A DNA stretch of 64,000 bases from Ruditapes philippinarum (Eukaryota). Under the pieces are notes generated by a model. It ran no database searches and was not told where the DNA came from. It saw only the letters and a program-made list of their open reading frames with translations. How positions within the stretch are numbered: position 1 is the first letter of the stretch; every line of letters starts with the position of its first letter. Made by a program: the position numbers and the translations under genes. Positions 14,561 to 27,145 of this stretch are shown one piece after another. The stretch is from NCBI RefSeq assembly GCF_026571515.1, contig NW_026860920.1, forward strand, positions 62,001-126,000. The letters are read 5' to 3'.

Positions 14561-16445
14561 GAGCAATAATTTTTAATGCCTGTGTTTCTATGTTTCTTTA
14601 CATTTAACACACATTTGCCAAAAATATATGCTCAAGTTTTAAACAATGATACGATGTACGCAATTATCAAAAGCACACACTTTTAGATCATAGTTACTTA
14701 GGCTATGTACTAAGTACATTATTTTTAAATAAGTAATATATTTACTCTTCTGTTCACATAAATATATTGTTTTTAGTTAGTAACGTTTGCTTGTCAGTTA
14801 TAACACAAGTTATAATATTTTTGTCACATCTCAGCGGCCGATCAATCTTACCGTATTTTTTTTTGATAACTTAGTACCAGAAGTTTCCAAATTCTCCGCA
14901 ATTGATGGACTACTAAGCTCACATTATTTCCGAATCAGCACTAAAATACAAATGACTATAAGACTCGATGTGATGTAAGAGATCAATTTGAATGGCTTGA
15001 TGATGCAACAGTTTCAGGTTATTTAGCTTATTATTTATTGTCTGGTATATGAAACGGTGCGAATTGTCCATTGTGTTTGCATTCAAGATGGAGGAACCAT
15101 AAACAACATTGGACGAGGTAATAGCCGTGGCTGATATAAGTTTCGCAGCTCTGTATGAGTGAAATAGAATCTGTACTGTTTTCAACCGTATTTAATTACG
15201 TCTTTATGTCACACCAGCATTTTCGGACATTTTGACTGAACTTTTAAAATAACGATTTGATATGGATTTTGAACTCTCAAAAACAAATATGGACTAGATG
15301 GGGTGCATTATGGATTTGATATGAATCATTTAGAAATGAAAACGAGATAAAATTGTTAAGATTGGAACTAATAATGAGTTCTATTAGTACATCACATGTT
15401 GCAAATGCGAACGGGCATCGGTGTTATTCTATAAGGACTAGGTGTGAAATGAACTTGTATTTCAATGTATGTGTGACTGTCTTTTAGAAACATGAAATGA
15501 TTGATTGACCTTATAAAATGTTGTAATTGCCGATTGTAACAATAAGATTGAAAGGATCGTGCAGTTCATATGTAAATTACAAATAACACATTTTAAAATT
15601 TTGATTTATATCTTTTAGAAACAATGGATGTATAAAAGTGAGAGTTCTCTTCCTTGAAGCAAATGTATCAACATATTAATGAAAATGGGTCAGTTGAAAA
15701 TATGCCCTTTAAAACATTTTCTTTTTCACATTTCATAATCAGGTCTTTTTTTCAATAAACAATAAATAATATCCAAAGCCGTATTTCTTGTGTATTTTCA
15801 ACGATAATAAATAATGTCAAATTTGTTAGCTTCCGTCGGCATGATATTGGCAATTTGAAATTGCACAAGAGAAATTAAAAAATAATTACGAAGAATCACT
15901 CTTTCAAGCTATCCTATCTAATGGATTAGGTAATAGATGACGACACAATAGATTCTCCAAGTTACAGTTTAACTTCCTTCGCTCGACATAATCGCCTGGT
16001 CCCTGGAAAATCCCCTTGTAATATTTATCATATGTACGTCAAAGAAAGGTAATGATTGTATCAATAAAACATTTACAACTGGTACATACTCGTATGTGTC
16101 CCTTGAACTGGAAAATGAAAAATAATAAGAATCACCAATTAAAACTAACTTATTTAACGGAATAGATGACGACACAAATAGTTTTCCATTTCATATTAAC
16201 ACAACTACAATTAAACTTCGTCCGCCCGAACTCGGATTGCCCGAATAACTTCATTTGCTCAAAGTCATCGCTTGGTCACGGCAGAATCCACATTTAATAT
16301 TGTTTGTATTAATATTATGAATAGACCTCACTATCATATAGATAGTTCTAGTTTGTGCGAAAAAACATTTATAACTGGTGCATATATGGAAAGCTGATAG
16401 GAGCCCTAACAATCGAGATAGATCTTTCAAATCTGCCAATAAGTT

Positions 16446-19400
16446 TTATCGGTCTTGATTTAGACCTGCGTAAGTGTGAGATGTTCCTCCTCTCTGTTTA
16501 AGACTCTCATATTGTGATTCGCTGAAATAAGAAATATAAAAAAGAGAATAAATAACTGGAACACGTCAGTGTACTAATAAGCGAGAGGTTATTATAGCAT
16601 TATTATATTAAAAATTAAAAAGTTAAGATCAAATAATTTCATGATATCTATGTATGTAAATTCCTTTACAATTTAAACTTCATGATTTTAGTTCATTACC
16701 TGTGTGGTACTCCGCTTGAATTTGCTGAAGCTGAAGCAGGGTATAAAATAACATAAATATTGTTGAAAATAAATGATAAGGGAAAACGCAATGTTTATTT
16801 GTAAACATTACAAACCATACACAAGCAAAATTTATATAGGCTTTCGTATGGTAGATTTTGAAATAAATCAGAATGATTTTAGTCCATTGATGCATGAATA
16901 TGTTTATATTGCTAAATGATCTTCAAAAACAAATTACAATGAATGAAACCGAAAACTGATTTACCATTTAAACTTATGCATATATGATAACAATAATGAA
17001 TAGTTTTTGCAAACATTTTCCAATATCAGCTGTTAGTCAATCTTCATTGTTCAGCTTGACAACTTTACAATATAAATATGAGCATAATGTCACTTTGAAT
17101 AAAATTATTTACATTCCACCGATTAAAAATAAAACTTTACACACTATAATGCATTAGAGGAATACATTAGTATTAGTTAGTAAATAAAGTAAAAGTATAC
17201 GAGTATAACCACACATGACATTTTTCAAAATGTTTTATATTTAAAACATTGCAAATAACTTCATATGGGAGGTTGAAGACGGATTTATTAGGCTCCTTTA
17301 GCAATAAACAAGTTCCAATTTATGATTGATTTATTGATATAAAACAATACTGGAAGACTCAACAAACTTACTAAACTTAAAATGAAGCAGTTATTTCCTT
17401 ATCATTTTATTAAGAAAAACTAAGTAAGCGAATGTAAAATGCGGTATAAAGTAGCCTGATTTGAAAACAGACAACCTTAACTTGAAAGGTAGCGAAAGTT
17501 GATGTCCCTGATTTTTGTATTTTCTTATGGCAGATCAGTAAATACAATGCTGACATTCAATCTCTGGCACAGAGATTTCACGACAGGCCTAACAACAAGT
17601 AGTTCTCAAAACAGCTTGAAACTTGTGATGTTAAATAAAGAAATATTTTTATATTGTTACAAGTATCCAACAAATTACAACGTATTCAAAGTTTCAAAGT
17701 AGCGTTGGCTTATAAAATTGTCGATAAATGCACAATCACAAATTACGCGGATGAATATCAATTTAATCAATGAAAATGCTATTTTTAGCGATGTCGATTA
17801 CCGAATACTTCAGAGCGTAGTACACAAATAAATCTGACTGTCGAGTAGTGGAATATATACATGTCGGACTGTTTTGGCGAGAAGATTTTCGCTAAATCAT
17901 TTACATCAGTGTTAAACAACAGGTTTATCGTGAACAAAATACCTCGAAATTAATTAGGATTACAAACCCGAAATGGAAATTCAATTTAGAATTATGTGTT
18001 TTATGCAAGCTTTCTTCATATAACTTCCTGTGGTGCAGGGGTAACGCGCTCGTTTAGGGTGTGAGAGGTCTGGACTTTAAATCCCAGTTGAGGCAACTAT
18101 TCTTTTTTAAGTGTCTTTTTAAGGAAGTAGCCACGATATGCAAGGATAAAGTATAGCTGTCATAAAAATGAACATAGATGATTTTTGATCCAACTCTAGT
18201 CATGCAAAAATTCAGTATGTATCAAACTCATACTGTTATAGTAAAAAATCTTAATGCAGTCGCTGCATTTCAGTGCCCTATAAGTTGAATTTTAGTATAT
18301 AAAAATAAACTTATTCAGGAAAATACAAACGGATATACGGTACGATTTAGATTGCAAAGGTCAGAAAATACCACAGAGCTTGCAGCCCTTTGATTCCTTC
18401 CGTAATCATGTTAGAATTGAAATGACATCGATCTGGTCTTGTGTTCATGGATTAAAAACCTCCTGTCGTTTCGATACGGAAATGTTAAGACATCAAGCCT
18501 ACTGTCTTCGTGATCAAATACTACGCATCAAAACAACAGGTAATACAAACCTAAAGATACCGCTCAGACCGATATTGTTTCTTTAATATTCAGGTTAATG
18601 TCTAAATCTATTTGGCACTGTTTCGATAATGAATCAGTAAACTATATAAATAAATAAATAAATGCCAAATATATGTGACATGATATCAATAATGAACAAT
18701 TAAAATATGAAAAAATGATCATCAAGGAAGAGCGGCGTTCAATGAACGCAACCCCCACATGACCCAAAAACACAATACCACCGACAAGTAGCCCAGCAAG
18801 ACACTTACCAAAGCAAGACAGGGCACAAGACAAAATACGGACAGTTTGATTACTTTATTAAGTAAAATGTACAGATAAATGAAAAAAAAACTTGCCATAA
18901 AATAGCAATAACGATCTGTTAAATAGTTTGCAATGCAAATTAGAAACAAAAGTGTTATACCGTCTAGGGAATCATAAATCATTCTGCTTTCAGTATCTGT
19001 TCTATTTTGAAGTTGTTCGTAGGTATTTCTAGAAAAATATATATTAAGATAAAAAGATTTTATGATGTGGTCTTGGAAATAAGTTTTAGTTTTATAATAA
19101 TCTTTTTTCCTTTATTTTTTCACACTTATGAGAACAATTAATATATAATTATTATTCATGTGTGAAATTTTCATGTTATTCATCATTATTATTTTAATCA
19201 TTCAGTATATTTTATCATTTAGTATATTTAATAGTAAGTGATGAAAACCATTGAACAAAACCAATATTATGTTTTTTAAGCAGTATAAAAATGAAAATTA
19301 ATGGCTACTTACAGTGAGAGTGACGAAACATTTATATCTATTTCTCGTGACACTGATGTTGGCTGGTGTTGATTATTTCGGCCTATTTCATAAATACACG

Positions 19401-22400
19401 GTATTTTACAAGTTTTAAATACGGAACTGTTTCACGAGTATCAAAATCAATCACATATTTAAGTGTCACAAGCTTATAAATTTATCGAACATTTACTTCA
19501 AATCACGTTTTTTTTCTATACATTTTAACATTTGTTTTTAAGGTAAATTAAGAAAATCATAAAATGACATTAAACTCGTTAATTAAACGTACCTGTCACA
19601 GCCCGTTTTCTTTTTAAAACAGCCAATATAACCGCACCAACAATTAGTGAGCCAATGACAATCCCGGCGATAACTCCTGCTGTTATACTTATCCCGTTTC
19701 CATCTGCAATAACAATAGCTTCACATAAACCTTGATCGTACTTGTCCTTAACAACATATCTCTCTAAAAGGACTTCATTCGCAGACAATTGATGAGAAAG
19801 GTTGTTTTTATATATTTATACTCTCACTCATTTACACAAAAGATACCTAAAGAATATAAAGCTGCACCTAATGACATGTTTTTATATCATTTATAAATGG
19901 TAAAATTATTTTGTTTTCGGGAATTTATTATTTATTATCAGAACAGTTTTAACATATAATTTACATATGACAAGCATGAAAACTGTACGTAAATTCTGGA
20001 ACAAAATACATGCCTCTATTTTAAGTAAGAAATTAATTGTGAAGTAATGATTTCATGCATGCGTCATAAGAAAGTAATATAAGCAACTTATTTCTTTCAT
20101 ACCGATTTTCTTTTGTATTTTTCTTCAAAATTTAAACAATAATTTTGTAAACTTTAGGTATCAGAGATATAGTTTTATACATTTCAATGTCGATTCAATA
20201 ACTTGTATTTCATATATGCTCAAATAACATAAGTAACATATTACCACATCAAAGGACAAATCAATGATTCAGAACACACATGTTCTAGTTTTTAAAAGAT
20301 ATGTGACTAAAAATATAAAACGAGTTTCCATGTAGATTTAATTTTTGACTTCACCATAGATATTTGTCTTGTCAAGGGGAGTCTTCTTTGTTGTTATGTT
20401 GGTTGTAGATGAATCTGTAATCTGTAATCGTATCATTTTAATATCAAAATCCCGTTCATAATAAAAACATCATTTTAAGTAGCAAGTTGTCCACACATAA
20501 CATGTGAACATATGTCGATTGAGGATATACTATCTGTTGAGATGTATATCACTGTCAGAAAGCCCTTGAAAGAATAGGTCGTAGCCAAGTCCCATATTTC
20601 TCCATGCATTTTCTTTAGCTACCCGATACTTGATAAGGGAGAGATAAAAATTGGGGTCACAAGGCTCACAGAAATAATTGTATAGATGCGAAAAGAGATG
20701 GAACTTTTTTAAAGATGAATATAACTTTTCTCACAAACTGTTATTCGGAAACCTACTTACCAAGAACAAATACTGAAATGGTCTTAAATTTAAATCTTAC
20801 AACAACAAAAAAAAAACAAAAAAAACGAGCACGCATTTTCTCAAATTCTTATCTACCACTGTTGTTGGAGTTACTGTGTACATATTAATATGTACCAAAA
20901 TTAAAGAAAAATAAAAGAGCTGACTTTTATCAAAAATAAAAACACAAAACCAAAAATACCGGTCATTATCCAGTTATTCTGAATTATAGTATTCATTTTT
21001 TCATGTGCATATTTATTCGATATCTTACTACTTAAAAGCCTATCATAACAACACATATAGCGTTTCACTGATACAATTCTTTGTGGATACTACTTTGTCT
21101 ACTATTTGCCTGGCGAATATTCCACTCCGGCGTGAACACATTATTATTTTGCAGTTTTGTCACCGGATGATAGGCAGCATGTTTATATTCACTATTCATC
21201 CAAAGGATGTTTTAGACGCAGAAAGCTGTATATGTTATAAGAACTGAATCTTAGCTATACATTGTCATTCAGGGCATCGTCTACCTACGCAACTTGGGAA
21301 AATGGGAAGAATCGAAAAGGTATAACTCTGATTGGCCTTTAGAAATTGACGTTAGAAAAATGAGGGGTGAAATATCTTTTTCCCCAACCCTCACGAATCC
21401 CAAAAATGATCTCAATTTGAAGCAACTTTATAAACAAAATATCATACATAAAGGTGTAAGCGTGTAAAGTAAATATGCTCAACCAATCTACACAGAAAAG
21501 AGTTTTTACCTGTTGTACTCATAACACTGTCGGTCACACCATTACTAGGGTTATCTGCAATAAAAAAGAAAGACAAAACTCAATTACTTACATTCAGGGC
21601 AGATATAATGAGTTTTAAACAAATACCTTATTTCTTTTGTGCATTCTCGTATTTCCTAAATGATATCATTTGCCTTGTAATAATTCTAGGGGTTGTTAAA
21701 TAAAGAGATTCATGGTGGATTTATATATCTGCTGCTTTGATCCCTCGAAACGCGGTTCAACTTTCCATTTTGTATCAAAACTGGCATATAAATTCTTGAG
21801 TAGGTATTAAAAATAGTCTTGATTACATATTAAATGACGGACCTCTAATAGATTCATCGGCAGATAGTTGTTTTTCTCTATTTTACATCCTTGTAGGATA
21901 AAAAAGAATACAATGTATATAAAAGGATGTTTCCTATCTTGTCTTTTAATCCTTTTGTTCATTGATAACCGTCAGGGATATGTGTTATATTTCATGTTAT
22001 AGAGGGCCTAAAAAGTGTCCATGAGAATCTTTGTTGAATGTAAAAAATATCCACAGATTTAATCTATTTTACACTGCAGTGATTTCTTGAAAGGGCAAAC
22101 CAGGTCCTTGAACTGTCTTTAAAATACAGATATTAAACTCCCACATACAATTGTAAAGTTTTTGTTACGTTCATGTATGTTTACATATTGAGTTTATGTT
22201 AAAAAAATATTTTCAGAATAGCCGACTATGTAATCTTTTATACACAAACAAATGCTCAATGTAATAGATAACTTACTGACATCAGTGTAGAACCTCGGGT
22301 TGTTTTCAGAGGTATAAGAGTTCCCCGGATAAGGATCTCCACTAACTGTAACGTAACATTCAAATGCCAGATTGTTATCCCTATTAGCATCAGCCGCTGT

Positions 22401-25400
22401 TACGTTGTATCTGATTGAAGCTACTCGTTTATATCCACACTGATTGTCACTGATTGCAGTACCCTCATCATATGTTCCTTGTGGTGGTTGATAGCCAATA
22501 AAGTCATTGGCGTGTGAAGTTGCAGATGTTCTATGCCATCGAATAATAGTTCCTGGTAAGCTTCCTATATTACCAGTACAAGTAAGTTCCAACTCATCTC
22601 CTACCTCAGCAGTGGCCATGTCAGATGATGACATTCCTTCTACTATAAAACCATTCTTCCTTGTTATTAATGATGTCACTTGAGGTTTTACTGTAATGTT
22701 ACATGACATATTACAATTTTTGAAAAGCAAATTGTAGTTAGGCCTTTAGCTTATATACAGCATTTGTACAACACATTACAAATGACATGCAATCATGATG
22801 CCTTTTTAAGTTTTATATTTTTTTGTCAGGAACTAACACGGCTGCACTTTCATCCCCTTATAAATGCCCATGTTGGATTTGAAAAATGACATAGATCGCA
22901 AACCGTAATGCAATTAGATTTCTGATATATTCATTGTTTAACACTCATCTTGTAAATATTTACCTCATTCATAATTACCAGAAGCGCGGGCTTTTTTATG
23001 TTAAACAGAAAATATTTAGATATAAAAAATCAAGCCTTAATTAGAATCCTTCTTATGTAAGTCGATGAGACTTTCAAATCTTATATTTTCAAAATTTATT
23101 TCAAACGGTCCAATTAAAATTAAGTTTGAAAAATTTTAATCATCCCACTTTTAGAGCTAACTTCCAGAGTAATTTTGAAGGCTAACAGTGTTAAGAAATT
23201 GCAGTGTCAAAATCCATAAACGAGAATGGCTAATTTGACTATGAAACCTTTTAGAGACAAGGAACAGATACATTTCATAACTATGAATGAAAAGCAGGCA
23301 TTCGGTCAAATTCTAGGTGAACTGATTCTGCATGGTGCACATGTATAAAAAAATCACTGGTTGCTTTGGTTAAGAAATGGAAATAACTATCTGCATAGAA
23401 AGTATTTTGCTGCTATCGAAATGATTGGTTGCTTAGGAAAGTCAATGGTTGTTATGGAATTAATTAGATTGCCAGGAAAGTCAAAGGTTGCTATAGAAGT
23501 CACTTGGTACTTCGAAAGTCAGTGGTTGCTATGGAATGCATTGGTTGTTATGGAAGTCAGTGGCTATGTAAGTCAGTGATTTTTATGAAAATCAAGCAAT
23601 TGCAAGATATAAAATCTTACCAAGCGCATAATTGCTTAACCGCGCCAACGTATCTGCTTACAACTAGTTAACGGGCGTCTTTATAATTCAAGTCAATATT
23701 TACAAAATATAACGTTGCGACTTTTGAAAGTTACAGCATGATAAACATTGCAAATACTTTTAAGTATGTTTAGATATTGTTTCGTTGTACAAGACATGTA
23801 TTTTTCACCTAGTGCCATATAATTTAATAAGCCTGTGATAAAATTTTATCTTTTGTTGACATTTTATTTAAAAAAAAAACAAACAAACAAGAAAACGCTC
23901 AAACTACATTGCGTGGGATATCAGCTTTAATGCATTAATACACGTGCCAGATTTAATAACTCTGTATAATGTTATCAATTTTTACTCACCATATATCACT
24001 TTTCAAATAAAACAAAGGCCAACAAGAAAGGACATCTGAAACTGCATGAACAAGTGCTATCTCTTATTATTTATTGGCCATACTTAATATAAAAAATAAT
24101 TGTGTAAGGCAAAAATGATGCGTTGAACTAAAATTTGCAAATTACTTATTTATTATACATTTACACGCATTTTTGTCACATTAAAGTACGCTATACAACA
24201 TGAATCAAGCGTGAAATCTTGCAATAAGAAAATGAGCCATATTTTAAGACATTCAGAATTATCTGATAGTTTTTTATCTTCAATTTTCATATGTGTTTTA
24301 TGTTTAATATATGAAATTAGGTACTTACCTTGACGCGGAAAGCCCTTATGATTTAAAACAAGTACACAATTTTAAATATATAAACCAAATCTGTCTTGGA
24401 CTTTGTAAATAATAAGTAAATGCACGTTTTTTGTACCGTTAATTAGATACGAATGAATTGGTGGTGTTAACCTATCAACGAAATATTCCGAGTGTTTCCG
24501 AATATCTTTCCGCCATAATTGTTACTCTCTAATCGGATTTGTTTTTACGTTATTTAAACCTGATGTTTTATTAAAAAAAATGGATATTTAAAAGTAACTT
24601 TTCACAAAAATCATCGTTACTTCATTTCTTATAAATGATTATCGTAATAATTCATTGAATTCAACATCATACTTCGAAAGGAAATATAATTTAGGGCAAA
24701 ATCTACCAACAGTCTAAATTCTACAGGCACTTTTCTTACATATAGCGTCCGGAAATCTAATTATAGCTCAAACATAGAACCAGTCCAATATTTTTAAATG
24801 GCCCTACTAACTAAAGATTTTTCTCAAACATGTTAGAATTAGATATTTTTAATGATATTATTGTAATTTTAATTTAACTTTTACACGTCATACATGTCAT
24901 CTAAGAGCGCTACATACTTTCTGCGTATATATAAGCATACTTGCTAAGATACACTTTCTCTTTAAATGATCACTGTAACTGAGGCGCCACTGACACAAGA
25001 CATCATACGATAAATATTCAAAAAATTACATTGGTCCTTTTCATATCGTTTTTGAAAGCATACATTTAGTTGTTTGAATTTCTGCTCAAATTTGTATGAG
25101 TTGAACGTGAAATGTATATCATTCGAAACCTATCATATCGTATACCCGAACCGGACATACGAAAAGGAGGTCCCAGTTGCGATAAATGCAATCGTCAATG
25201 AATAACGCAGACGCAATCGTTAATATAGAAAGTCAGCCTAAACTGGCTTCATCTTAATATCGTAAGGGGTCGAGAAGTCAAAGGGTCTAAATGTCTTACT
25301 TGCGCTTCTTCGATGCCTTCTATTGTCCTGTTGGTGAACGTCGTTTTCTATTTGTCTTGTCGATCTTTGTTCTCATTTTATTCTGAAAACGTTGACTTGC

Positions 25401-26944
25401 TTTGTTGGTTTTTATTGTGACAAATGAGAATAAAGATCAACAAATTGTCAGAATAAAAAATCAACAAGTTGTCAGAATAAAGATCAACAAGTTGTCAGAA
25501 TAAAGATCAACAAGTTGTCAGAATAAAGATTAACAAGTACTCAGACATCTGGACCAAAACCTTCCGGTTTTTATCGGACCGAGACAAAATGTGTCTGTCA
25601 TATCCGTCGGCTATCACAAAGTATGCAGTCTCCTTCCTGGTAACTAGACACATTCATGCTAAGTGCCATTACATTTAAACTTACTACCTATTTAGTATTG
25701 CTCAAAATAATTAAGTTCAATCTAAAATGATTTAAGTAACTGATAAGCATCATTTTCTTATTATGATCAGTGTTTGTGCCAAATTTCACCACAGACATGT
25801 CATTCGAAATTACAAAATATTCATCAAATGTTTTAATTTCTGTGTTGAAAAATAAACCATTGTATAAAAAACATTGTATAAATGGCTTTAACTCTCGGGA
25901 TGGATTTTGATGAAACTTGCTGATTCTGGTCATTTCCCTATTATAGATTTATAATTATGTTCATTTAAGAATACTCATTCATTAAGAATACAAACTTTGA
26001 ATATGTATGCGTCTGTAATTAAATTAAATAACCTTGCCATTTGCAATGAAAGTGGTATTTTTGAGAAGTGTTTTTGTAGATAATAAATTTTAATATTTTA
26101 AATCACATTTAAATGACCTAGCATAATCACAAATTAAATGAAATAACCTTACCATATGCTGTGAAAGTGCTATTTTTGGAAACCTCTTTGTTAGCTTGTG
26201 AATTTGAATAGTATGATAAATCACATTTAAATGTCCTGGCATCATCACAAACTAACTTTTCCATGTTCATAGACAATGTAAGTTCTGTGTTAGCAGGTGT
26301 TGTAGAATCCCATGATCCTCCAGCAACATAATCTTTGTCACCTGGTGTAATAGCTGAATCTAATGTAGGGTTGTCATTCGTGGATATTTTCATAAATGCT
26401 AACCTTTGCCAATCATCATCATTATTTCTAGACAGTGTGGAAGATCTTAATTGTTTTATTTGGATGTTGTATATAGTTTCAACATCTGTTTCAGTGATAT
26501 CACATCTTAATGTTAATATACCTGTACTTCCAAGTAAAACATTCTCCCTGTTTATGGTGAAATCTATACCAGTGACTGAAGAAAGGTGGATAAAAGAAAT
26601 AACAGAAATAAAATATGTGTTTTGAGTAACATTCCCAATCTTACATCAAATATCGAAAGATTAACACGCTTTTAATTATTGAAATTTTGTATAAGGTTCA
26701 CTTGATTGCATTAAAATATCATCCAAAAATATATTATTTTAATATAGTTGATAAAAACATAGTATAGAACATACAAGTATCAAACAAAATCAGTCTAATC
26801 GCAGTAATAACCCAAATATCCAATAGCAATGACTAAGGAATAGACCATTATAAAAATGTTGGTTGTAATTCGATAACACAACTACTTACCTTCAAAGACA
26901 GTTAAAACGATATAGAAAACAAAACATTTAAAAATGTCCGACAT
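16446..26944 (-). CDS. Copy B: intact type-I membrane Ig-superfamily receptor (SP, V-like Ig, C-like Ig, stalk, TM, tail with 4 YxxL), about 450 aa, 10 exons
   Basis: Exons: 26890-26944 (MSDIFKCFVFYIVLTVFE), 26153-26575 (Ig1), 22277-22690 (Ig2), 21510-21554, 20355-20414 (putative stalk), 19593-19703 (TM), 19313-19382, 18961-19028 (YEQL..YDSL), 16700-16730, 16446-16521 (YESL..YAGL, TAA). All GT-AG with compatible phases, total 1353 nt, no internal stop. Same structure in paralogues A and C. Confidence 0.85.
18022..18094 (+). pseudogene. Degenerate tRNA-Pro-like sequence (pseudogene or SINE head)
   Basis: TGGTGCAGGGGTAACGCGCTCGTTTAGGGTGTGAGAGGTCTGGACTTTAAATCCCAG resembles eukaryotic tRNA-Pro(AGG); T-loop GTTC is lost. 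Confidence 0.5.
19593..19703 (-). CDS. Copy B transmembrane exon
   Basis: DGNGISITAGVIAGIVIGSLIVGAVILAVLKRKRAVT: uncharged hydrophobic run with GxxxGxxxG followed by basic stop-transfer residues. Bounded by TTGCAG acceptor and GTACGT donor. Confidence 0.88.
22277..22690 (-). CDS. Copy B exon 3: second (C-like) Ig domain
   Basis: 414-nt phase1-1 exon inside ORF 22194..22730: VKPQV...GDELELTCTGNIG...IRWHR...QCGY...LAFECYVTV (Cys, Trp, Cys core). Confidence 0.9.
23357..23590. repeat. Degenerate ~19-20-bp minisatellite
   Basis: Repeated TGGTTGCTATGGAA(A)GTCA. Confidence 0.7.
25425..25540. repeat. ~23-bp tandem repeat, about 5 units
   Basis: AGAATAAAGATCAACAAGTTGTC repeated. Confidence 0.85.
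26153..26575 (-). CDS. Copy B exon 2: V-set-like Ig domain
   Basis: 423-nt phase1-1 exon: VTGIDFTINRENVLLGSTGILTLRCD...DWQRLAFM...LTLSMNMEKLVCDDARTFKCDLSY...TFTAY. Has the B-strand Cys and a D-x-x-x-F/Y-x-C F-strand motif. Overlaps ORF 26127..26393. Confidence 0.88.
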
Positions 26945-27027
26945 TTTGCCTACGATTTAAATAATCTCCTTTCCTCTCTTAATTAATTCAACTTTTAAAT
27001 CCGAAATATAAAACATAGATTGATTTT

Positions 27028-27145
27028 GCTAACAGGAAGTAATGTAAGTGTACCATCTAAATAAGTTAAATAAGTATAAGCTATATATAGCGTATGTACA
27101 ATCTATGTGATAATATATTTATCAGCACTAGTGCATGAAATCTAG
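27028..27145. promoter_or_regulatory. Conserved proximal promoter block of copy B (ETS-like and GATA-like sites)
   Basis: ACAGGAAGT at 27032-27040 and TTATCA near 27119, in the same order and with similar spacing as in copy A. Confidence 0.5.

Noticed and set aside
14919-15185. ORF with a homologue at 39548..39730
   Set aside because: Similarity is explained by the duplicated 3' flank. Starts and ends differ, and the D-side copy is cut by a 5.6-kb insertion.
26020-26600. V(D)J-like rearranging locus
   Set aside because: The V exon is complete in the germline through the G strand, and I saw no RSS heptamer/nonamer next to it. Diversity is explained by duplication and recombination.
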